Shown: in pieces, positions 38,401 to 50,400 of the stretch
How positions within the stretch are numbered: the first letter of the stretch is position 1
How the letters are laid out: the number at the start of each line of letters is the position of its first letter
Origin: Veleropilina oligotropha
Taxonomy: Eukaryota
DNA length: 64,000 bases
Direction of reading: 5' to 3'
NCBI GenBank assembly: GCA_048128005.1
Contig: JBEUKZ010000066.1
Span: forward strand, 62,001 to 126,000
Program-made: the position numbers and the translations under genes
Notes under the pieces: generated by a model
What the model was told of the DNA's origin: nothing
The model's input: the letters and a program-made list of their open reading frames with translations, nothing else
The model's database searches: none

Positions 38401-41400
38401 GCGGGTTTAAGCGTTCACAATGGGGCAACCCTTTGATGTTTTCGATAATGTCGAAATGATGTCTCTGAAGTTTTGCACTGGTAAATCAAGTTGGATATCA
38501 GTGAATTTATATTATTTTGTCAAGTCTCGCATAGCATAGGTATACGCTGACATGTTGCTTGAATTCTCTCTGTGTTTGAGCAAACTAATTTGTTAGAGAT
38601 AGAGTACGATTTTTGCAGGCTATTAGGAATTCGCTTTTCAATTTGCGACTTATAGCCGCAATTCGTAAATTCTTGTATATGCCTATACATTATGATGGCA
38701 ACAAATTGGGTTTGTCCCATTTTTATTTCCACGTGACCTGACTTTAGTGAGTTCAGTGTCGTTTTAATGAAATGCTGTTTTCCTATTTCTGGAATATAAT
38801 GTCACCATTATGTTGAATTATACTATCCATATAAGAGTGCTTGGACACAAATATATTAGTCTAAGTGAACTTAATTGTTGGTATGTTTCAGCCTGTTGGC
38901 AACATGGCCTTGTATCATGGCTCTGCGCTCTGTATGATTGCCCGATTACAGCACGGTGACGAGTATATCGCTCACGACCTTCTCTCCACAGTGTTATTCA
39001 ACCCACTGTTCATACCGTAAGTGAAGCTTTGTGAAATTATCATCAGTTTCATTAGCTATGAGGCCATCCCGGGAGTGGTAAGACCTTTACTCCAAATTTA
39101 CTGGTATTCAATATGCTGACTTCACAAGGGAAGGTTTGAGGAAAGTGAAGGAATTTCACCAAGATCTTCTTCAACAATAAGAAATACATGCCATTGTCCT
39201 GATATGATTTTGCCTGATTTTAAATGAGAATGATATTTTTTGGCATTCTAAGATAAATATTAATTACTGTATCTTAATGGTAATACTGACCTACTGCATA
39301 TGCGCACTGACCTACTGCATATGTGCACTGACCTACTGCATATGCGCACTGACTGAAAACAAAATATTTATGCAAATTTCCTTATGTCGTCAGTCTCAGT
39401 CTAGCGGGAGATGGATTTGATTTCTCGCCGGGCATTCTTTGTTCAGTTAACAGTCACAGGTGTCCATAACTAGGCGGTAAGGAACGCCAAAGATAATATG
39501 ACCCTGTTAAAATGAAACGTTAAACAACGATTCAATCCAAATCATGTCATCTAATAGCATGGTGCCTATAAAATTGTGTATCATCAATAACAGGCTGTGA
39601 ACGTTTCAAGTCGATCAATGATACAAAACTACAAAATCCTATATTGCCTTATTTCGTGTAGCATTGACTGGGAGAAGGAGGCCAGTATGTCCATGGCAGA
39701 GATGACTTTGATCGAGTCGAGTCCCATGAGGAGCGCCACCCAGGAGAATATCCAATCATCTGGAAGCAGACTGCAGCACGATGCGTATACCCATCTGATG
39801 AGCGTCCGAGCGACCTACATCGGAGCATTCGGACAGATGGAGAAAGCTGTCATGCAGTCTAGGTACATCATGCGACGATGTCGTGTGCTCTTTCAATATC
39901 TGATCAATTTATTTCATTCAATTTAAATAGTAAAATATTGATGTGCATTCAATTTGTCTTTGTAAAATATATGACAAGAGATGCACAAACTTTCTTTATA
40001 TTAAGATTTGTCAATGTGACTATTAATAATAATCCTACGAATTGTAGATCTCAATTGATGTACATCACTATTTAAATTTTAAAATAAAAACTAACGATTA
40101 AAATTTTGAAACATCCTTGCCATGTTATATTGACATTTGCATGAAGACAGTTTGAATGATGATTTTGCATTGTTTTTTCTTTTATTGCATAAGATCAAGA
40201 TGTTTGCAGTGTCCTTTACAGACAGAGACGTTCTTTACCCCGTCTTTAGAGGAGAGCCTTCTCCCAAAGGACTGGATGTATCTGCCCTTAATAGACTTAT
40301 ACAACAGAGCCAATGCTTTGTGAGTAGACTTTTGAATATGATTGAAGCATAATCTTTATTTAGTAAATTGTATGGATAGACATAGAACAGACTGTGAGGG
40401 TGTCTTATGGATCGACACACTATGAACAAGCAATTCCTGTATTTAGGTCGTGCTAATATAAGCGACCTATGTGTTGCCATTTGTGAAATTTAAACAACAT
40501 CGTAACAAATTTAATTTAATAAAAGTAATTGAAAAGAAATTTGCGTTTAAAGTTTTTCATTGAGGGTGTATGGGATGCTCAGGGAACATTTAAATTATAA
40601 TAGGCTACACTTATTGCATATTTTGTGTCACTCACAGCACTCATTTGCAAAAATGTTCATTCGTATTGGGTATATTGCTGCCTTATTTTGGGGCAATAAT
40701 GTTGAATAAATTTAATATTAAGTGGCCATAGAAATTTTGTTGAAATTTTTAATGAGTGCTTATGGGTTGCTCAAGCCCTTTCTCATACATATGCTTCGGT
40801 AAACGAGAAAATATTTTCGGAGCTTATTATAGATATATTTTCAGAGAGGCAGATGGACACACAGTCGACTCCTTGAATCCCGCACAGGTTACCATGGTTA
40901 CCAATGTGCTACGCTGGATCTACATCCTTGTGAATTTCAGACGTGACATTATCGCTGATATTTCTATCACGATGCAGATATCACGCATCATGTGTGTGTT
41001 TTTGACAGGTAATATTACTGTTAGAGTTGTGTGTAGATGTTATCCTAACAAGACAAAAGTCATTTGAGATATCTGTATATATATATATAACGTGCCATAT
41101 ATTTGTGGTAGGTCTTTTTGATGTGCATTTTGCTATTTGTCACTTTTCATTTCTATTATTATTCACACTAGCTATTGGTACCCGTCTTCGCCGGGCAAGT
41201 CCCCCCACCCCAATTTTTTTTTTTTTTTTTTGTGGATAGTGCTCCCTTAAATATTTTTTTTTTTTCCCGAATTTTCCGAATTTTTTTCGTGGTAAACCTT
41301 CCTTGGGGGACCCCGATTAACCCCCCAAAGTTTGAAGGTCCTAGGTCAAGGCGTCTGGGAGGAGTTCAACTTGAAACAGACACACACACACACACGCACA

Positions 41401-44400
41401 CACATACAATTATAGCTCCATTATATTAAGAAGATTTTCCGAATTTTTTTCGTGGTAAACCTTCCTTGGGGGACCCCGATTAACCCCCCAAAGTTTGAAG
41501 GTCCTAGGTCAAGGCGTCTGGGAGGAGTTCAACTTGAAACAGACACACACACACACATGTACACACACACATACAATTATAGCTCCATTATATTAAGATA
41601 ATGAAAGATAATGATGACTCTGCATTCCTGTTCTGATCTGATTATTATGTGTTGATTAAGTTGTTTTTCTTGCTATCTCATCAAGAATTTTGATATCAAA
41701 CTTATTTCATGTTTTATAATGTGAATGCTTTTTGTCCCAATTCTCACCCATCAAGGTCATCCCAAGACATGTCCATATTATTGCGGGAGTTAAGGGAAGA
41801 CACCCCTCCAGCAATGTAAAATAACCTAATTTTATCCAATTTTGAAAAAAACCATTTTCGGAAATCATTACAAAATAATAAATTACATATCATGGTTTTG
41901 ATGTATGGCTATAATTCATTGTAATTTGTAATAAAATATACCAAAACCAGATTTTATGACTTTTACGGTTATTTGTAATTTATTATTTTGTTCCTAAATA
42001 TTCCGACTTTTGTCAGAAAACAAGCCGGCGCTCTTTCGGTACTTCCCCCACAGCTCCAGCTTTTACTCAACTTTGGAAATCCGGTTTTTCATCTCCGACT
42101 TTGGACGCATCGTTAATGTTAAATCCATGGGGACTAGCAACAGGTGAACCTCGGTCAGTCCAGGCTCACGGGGCGGTCCGGTGTATATACGTTTGTAAAG
42201 CCAATACAACTACATACCCATCACGTGTATCTTATCGCAAGCTGCATTTGCCTTGAGTAGCAGATAATACGCAGAGTGTGAAAATTTAAGACTAATACAA
42301 GCCGGAGCTCCTAAATATGTATAAAAGCCGGAGCTGTGGGGGAAGTACCGAAAGAGCACCAACAAGCCTTATAACAGTAACATGTAGTATCCTAAAACTT
42401 AACGTTTACTTCCATATATCAATTGAAAGCTCAAAAGCTCAAATTTTTTGAAATACTGTACTGTATATCCCAAAATTTTGAACCATGATTTCTCAAAATC
42501 AAGATTTTACACGCATTGATGGGTATAAAAATGTGTAACTAAAAAAGTATTGTCGATAAACGGCGTGAAATTTTTCAATTTGTTTCTATGCATAATAGGG
42601 CAGAATTTGTCAGATAAGTTTTCTAAAAAAAACGATTTTACAGGTATAATGATTTCACATTTTTGTTATTTTCTATTTATAATGCAATAAAATGCTCATA
42701 ACAATAAAAATTATGTGAAGAGTGTAAAAATGCTCTGACAAAATGTGTTTTGGATCCCTATCAATGATATAAACTAAAAAACGGAGCAATAACTCATATA
42801 GTTATTGAGAAAAACATTTTTTAGTAACAGTAGGTCATTTTGGTACACATTTTGGTTTGCCATGGCACCCAAATTTATTTTCTTGCAACAAAATATATTT
42901 TGATATACTGTACTGTCAAATATAAATATAATTATGACCAGTATAGTTAAAAATTCGATAAAATTAATAGGTTATTTTACATTGATGAAGGGATGTCTGC
43001 CTTTAAGCCAGGTCACCTGAACAACCATCTGCACCTGTCGTTTATGCACTGCTGTGATTGTTAACTCCACAAAGTTTCCAAGCCAATTCGAACTAACTCT
43101 TGGTAATAGCACAGTCAGTGTGATTATCCCCCGCCCGAAGTGTAGCGGGGGATATTGTTGTTGCCATGTCCGTCCAGCCGGCGTCCATACGTCCGTAAAC
43201 AATTTGGTTAAAGTTTCGATTTGAGTGTATATAGCTTGCCCATGATACGTTTTGACATATAATATTATATGCTTTTGTAGGCGTTATATGGATGACACCT
43301 GGTACTCTGGAAGTGAGATTGAATAAAATTTAAAATAATTATTGCATAAATTGTTGGTGTGTTTTAACATAGAAATTTTGGTTAAATGTTTTAGTTTTTC
43401 ATTGAGTGTATATGGGTTGTTGAAACAACATTTTGGTGTATATATGCTTTGGTATTGATAATATGAATGTCAACTGATACTATGGAAGTGATGCTGAATT
43501 AAATTTAATATAATTATTGCATAAAAATAGATGTTTGTGGACATAGAAATTTTGGTTCAAGTTTTGTTGAAATTTTTCAATGGGCATATGGGTTGTTCTA
43601 GACACTGTTTTACATCCATATACTGTAGTGTTCACTATATTGATGCTGCTCCCTCATCTGCAAGTGATTTATAATATAAATAACATGTGAAATTAGTGTT
43701 TGTGGACATATAAATTTTTGTTAAAGTTGTGTGAATTTCCGTTCTGTGCCATTATTGCATACATATTCTTTGGTGATGCTTATATTGATACCACCTTTTA
43801 CTCTAGCAATGATATTGAATATTATTTTGTATAAATATTGAAGAAACTTGATTTGTTGGGACATAGAAATTTTGGTTAAAGTTTATATCAGAGTGAATGC
43901 GGAAGGCGAGGGATGAATCCGTTTTCTAACGGGATTTTGTTGAATTTGGAATAACTCTTTGGAATAACCACAGAGCCATCAGTTTAGCCTAGTGTTTATT
44001 ATACTGTATTACAAGGTTAATATATAGTAATTATTGACGAGTCAAATATTGCTATTCTACACAGAGGGGATCTCACATTCGTGATCATTTATTATCACAT
44101 TTATGAAACTCGTGAACTAATTGACATATTTTCCGAGGTTTCACCTCGGAAAATAACCTCAGAAAATATTAAAATTTGTTTACGAGTTTCATAACTGTGA
44201 TATTAAATGACCATGAATGTGAGATTCTATTTATCATATATCTCAAATTTACAAAGAAACAAGCTGTACAGCGTTGATTTTACTTTTGTTGACACGTTCT
44301 AACATCATTGTGAAGCGTAGGAATATTGCAGTTAATTGTATATTGAGTATTGACGTCATGAAAATGTGTCGATGTGTGTGAAAAATAAGTCTGTTTTTAA

Positions 44401-47400
44401 TATAATGCATAAACAATAAATAGCAATAAATGTTGTTATGAAAATAACTAATGTCGCTTTATAAATATTACACTAATCTAACAATGAGAAATACCCTATA
44501 GTATTCAATACGTGAAAATGTCAAGAACGTGTTGATTTCGTTACGACTGTAGAATTTGTAGCGATTTTCGTCTGCTTATATAACACCAAACTAAATGTAC
44601 GTCAAATGATACAAAAAGCACCAGACATCAGGACAAACGCGTCTGCTTTGTAAATGTTAACAATTATACACATGTTTTAAGAATAATTTTATTAAAATGC
44701 AACATCAATATGTTAATTTACTCCTAACATTGATTCGAAGCGTCAACAAAATGGCGGCCATTCTCAAATGAAATGAACACTGCTTCCGCTGCAAAGTACC
44801 CTGACAGTGAATTATATGGGCTATAACTATCATGAGTTAAACGATCTTAAGCTAGATATGCTTACCTGGAGCTCTGTGCATAATATTTCAACTAAATATT
44901 GGTCACTAGTTGCAGTTGCATGTATTTCACTTGACTGCTGACATCGACGTTCAAATGATTTGAAGTGGCCACGTTTTGTCAAGTGTGTATTTTCAAGTAA
45001 AAAAGTAGGGCACACACCAGCACTGACCTTTTGTGACCCGCTACGCCATTGGCTGTTGTTATAATTCATTGATTAAATTATCCAATCAAAATTACACAGG
45101 ATCTCATATACACATGTGGATTATGGTTGATATTAAACACTTTGGCACTATGTAAAATCACCCGGATATATGAAAAATAGTTATATTCATTCAGGTCATG
45201 TTATTTTTGCTTTTACAGGAAATGATTTATTTCTGGAAAAATCTGTGCAATCATACTTGGCATTTCTTTTGGGTGAATATTGCCATCCGAGATTCCTTGA
45301 TCAAATGGACTTTGAGCAACCAATAGCTGGAATTTCGTCATTTTACGATTTGTAAGTCATTCTCCGAAACAGTGTGTTGTATATCGATAGATTGGTTTGA
45401 TCAGTGGAGTCACTGATTTTCTATATATATAAGGCTCACTCTACAATTTAAATTATAGTAGGCATGCAGATCTGAAAGAGGGCTTTAACAGGGTGTTCCG
45501 GCTAAGATACTACTGAAAATTGTTCAAGTGGTTTTAAAATTGCAATGAAATAAGTCAATAGCATGTGTCGTCGATGTTAATGCCTCGGGTTACAGTCTAT
45601 ATAACCAGTGTAAAGTTATCTAGGCTCGATGACAGTCGTGCAGATTAATCTCCTAGCCACTGAGTTCCTGAGGGAGGGAGGAATGATGCTTAATGTCCTG
45701 TATATTTACAACATCGACGTTCAAGGCAGGACATGTCCGTGTTAACGCGGGAGGAAACCCCGGTCGCCCGGGTAAATCCGCCCTCTTCGGCCAGTCACGG
45801 ATAACTGTGATTCATAACTTGAACAAATTTCATTGCCTCAGCCAGGTATTGAACCCACTACTGGTCGCATTAGCGGAATCAAGCCAGTGAATTTAGAGTG
45901 GACACTCTACCCACTGTGCTGCCGAAGCGGCCCTCACTGAGTTCCTGAGTATCAAAACCGACATATTTAGGTACCTAATAAGCATTGGCAAATGCCGACA
46001 TTATCATATCGTATCATATATCATATGAAAGGTAATTGCATGATCTTCAATTTATTAATGTATATTATGCAAATAAGGAGGTCACATGACGCAATTATAT
46101 GTTCAAAATGGCCACCATAAAGATAAAGAATTCTGATATTTTCAACCCAATATACTTATATTTATTCATATGTTGTGCTGTAAATCAGTCATATTCAGAT
46201 AATATATTCATTTTGCTACAAAAGAAACATAGAAATGCTTTTTTTTTCAATATTTAAAATTTTATTCCAATATCAGAAACTATGACGTAATGACAAAAAA
46301 TATTATAGATTCTGATATAAATCAGTATTATGTTACTATTGAAAGACTGCAAAGGATCGATGCTTAATGTCCTGCTATTTCCAACCATCATTTGCTTCAA
46401 ACCAGGACGCGGGAGGAAAGCCCGGTCGCCCAGGTAAACCCGCCCTCTTCGACCAGTGATGGACAACTGTGCTTCATAACTTGAACAAATGTGTGCTGCC
46501 TCAGCCGGGGATCGATCCCACTACTGTTTGCATCAGAGGAAACATCACATGATCTCATTATAACGCTCATTTTCTACATTATTGAGTGGTTCCGAGTCAC
46601 TGTCTGAATAGGAGGGGGGGGGGGGGGTGATTGTCCGGCATTTTGGTGATTATCCACCGTTAGTAATGGTAAAAAAATATGCATCTAAACTTGTTTATTC
46701 ATTTAATCAGAAACATGAACATGGTCAAGCAACGTAATATAGATACCTTTATCAGTAAAGAGGTACACTAGGCCAAGGCACAGTATACTGCGCTCCGGTG
46801 GCTATGAGGTTAATACTGAACAAAATATATCTGAAATCCAAAATCGCAAATCACCCCACGAACAGATTCAATACGAAATCTGCCACATTTTTGTAGATAT
46901 TAACACCCTGATATATAATTATAATGTATCATGATGGTAAATAGCAATAGCATTATTGAAAATAACATTAATTTTGTTGTCTTACAGATACATTCTGCTG
47001 CTGAAGCAGTATGGGGCCGTATCATTCGGTGACCCGCTGTTCGCCGGCTACGTTCTGTTTCCATTGCAGCAGCGACATCATGCCTCATTGCGGAAGGCTG
47101 TGTGGGGTGAACACATCTCGTCAGTCAGAGCGCTGAAGATACCAATACGAGTGGTGAGAATATTATCTTGTGATAATATTACTACATTCTCACATGATCT
47201 GCTTGAAAATAATTTCAATAAATACTTTCACATTTGTTGCTTATTATTTATTTATTTGATGATTGTAATAAGTAGAGTTGAAATCTTGATTCTTTCAGAG
47301 TCACTAAAGCAAATCCAGTGTATCCTAAATAGAATTTACTCTGTGCATTGAACCATGTTATTATAGCAAATCTGTAGGTTTAGGGTTTCTTATACAAAAT

Positions 47401-50400
47401 AAGGCATGAAAAGTTGTAAATATTGAAAAACAGATGCATGTATTGACGTGTCATGATAAGCAGCGACGTATCAACGCAGAGTACTCATCTGTCACTTATT
47501 ATCATGGCACATTTATCAAACTCCACAATCATGAAAAACATTCACTGTTATAGCAGTAATTGTCACTGTTATCATAAATAAACAAAACATTGATAAATCA
47601 AAGATAAGTCGAAGAATTGTTATATGGTTTAAAATGCTGTTCTGTTTATTTTAATTTTTCAAATGTTCTATGTTCTATTTCATCTCTTTATTCACAGCTG
47701 CCCATTCCAATTGAGAGATATCTGGTGCCGGAGGAGGATAACGTGGAGTTGATCCGACTGTATTTCCAGGCTTTGTTCTCCCAGTGTGTCCGGCCTGCCT
47801 GGAGTCCGGTGCTGTACCTCGTGGGAGTTCATCACGTCAATCGCTTCATCTACACCCAAGACGGAAAGCACCGCAAGCTGAAGCAGATGATGCTCCAGCA
47901 TGCTGCTGCGTGCTCACAGGAGGTGGGTTTCACTATAATGGTAATACATCTTGTGCCGGAATGAAACTTAACACTTAGAGGGATGCTTAGGTTTTCTCAT
48001 TTAATACCTGCTGTAAAATTAGACAACTTTAATAGATGTATATTTAAATTTTCAAAGCTCTTGACGACAAGAGAACTGGTTCATATTACTCATTATGCAT
48101 AAGTAAAGGTTATTGTGAGCAAGTGTAACATGACACCCCACAATCACATTTTTCTTGAGCACTTGAGACAATTTATGGACAATGGTATGTATAAATTTAT
48201 TGTAATATTGAACCTCAAAGTGATGAGCCTATCTTTTTTCAAGATTTTCTGTCTCGCATAGTCATATCTCCATTTTTGGCTCGCATGCAAAGCAGATGCA
48301 AGCTTATGTCCGCAGTGAATGTTAAAGTTTTTAAATCATGCTATATAGGCAATCATGTGCTTTCTTTATCATAATATTATTGTAGATATGTCTATTCCCA
48401 TGTTGCACAACACTACACTAATAATATTGAATGTAATTTAAATAAAATTTTACTTCAAAATGCTGCTTTTGAACTTAGAAATTTTGAATGTTAAAGTTTT
48501 TCAATAGTGCTATACTGTATAGGCAAACATGTGCACTCTTTATCATCGTTGTATTTGACATGTGTCTACTGCAATGTTGCACGACACTATGACAGTAATA
48601 TGGAATGTAATTTAAATCAAGTTTTACTTCAAAGTGCTACATCAGGGCATAGAAATTATTTTGTTAAAATTTTTGGTAAAGTTTTGGAAGTGGCTATAGA
48701 ACCGGAATCGGTTCCCGACTTTCTAAAACTAAAGAACCGGACCGCCGCTGATAGGTCAAATTTATCACGTGTTTTTAATGACAACATTGCTGTTTCCGAC
48801 TTGTGTTAGCGACAAACGAATAAAAATACTATTTGTTATAAAGTAATGTTTTCGAGCACTTTAATTAATATTGTAGGAAATTGAAATGCCACTATTGCCG
48901 TCGATTTACTATCTCGCTTAACAATGTTAGTGTAGTCTTCGGATGACAGACGAAAACTTGTGCGATTACGATGTATTTTTCTCGGCGGCGTGTCCTAGTT
49001 CAGAACGGTATCACGACGTTTATTCCGCGTTTCCTGGCATTTTGAAGATTACGCGTATCTCTGCGCCAATAAGTTACGTTCTTCTTGTTTTCGTAAATGG
49101 TTAACGCCCTTAATAATTCATTTAATGACGAAAACTCGGAACCAACACGCAAATGCACAGTTGCAGCAGCCATGTTGGAATCCAACAGTTAGCACGTGAC
49201 ATATTTGACCAATAAGTGGCGGTGGTCCGGTTCTTTAGTTTTAGAAAGTCGGGAACCGGATCCGGTTCTATAGCCACTTCCTAAAGTTTTTCATTGATGC
49301 TATAACATCTGACATTGAAACTTTTTAGCATCGTTGAACATTAGATATGTATATTTCAATATCCCATAACACCAGAGCAGTATTATTTAAGGCAAATTAA
49401 ATCGATTTTATCATCAAAAAGAATTTATGTGATATTTTAACTTGGGAAATTTTATAAAGATAAATGTTGAAGTTTTTTTCTCAAGTTTACAATCTCTTGC
49501 ATGCTTTCCATTTTTGAAGTTTTATTGAATTGCATACTGTTGGCCTATTTAATGATGATGTCCATCTGGTTGTCTGTCCGCCGCTTGCAGCAAATGTTTA
49601 AGTTTTTCAATCATGATCTATAGACAACCATGTGCACTCTTTTCCACCTTTTTATTTAGATAAGTATTTTCCAATATTGCACGCCATTATAAAACTAAAA
49701 TTGAATATGATTTAAATCCAATTTTACTTCAAAATGCTACTTTTGGACTTAGAAATATTTGTTTAAGTTTTTGGTTAAAGTTTATCAATTTTGCTATAAC
49801 TGCCATTGGAATTTGTAGCATCTTTGAATATTGGATATGTTTATTTCAATGTACCATGGCACCAGAGCAGAATTATTGAGGTAAATTAATTCTTATTTGA
49901 CACAAAAAATGAAATTATATTATGAGATTTAAGTTAGGAAATTATATAATGTTACATGTTGACATTTTTCTCAATGTTATAATCGTCTCTATGCTTTGAA
50001 GTTTCTATTATGGAGTTTCATTGAACAACAAGGTTTGATGTACATAATTAAAAGATGTAACATACAATTAAGACAAAATCGATTTTAACTTAAGAAATAT
50101 GTTAAAATTTAAATGTAGACATAATAATTTAATATAATAATAGTAATACAATTGTACACATGGTGCATGTGGTATATACTGTAACTTGTCAAATCAATTA
50201 AATATCTACGTCACTCACAATTATATTTGACTGCTTCATATACAACATACTTTGATTTTCATGAATAGCAATTTTGGCTGGTATTATCCTTTAAATCATT
50301 GTTCAAAATATGATGTCCTGTAAAAGCTAGCAATTTTTAACTATATTATTTTGTGGAATTTCTATAAAAATATTTTTAAGAGCAGAAATTTTATTACACA

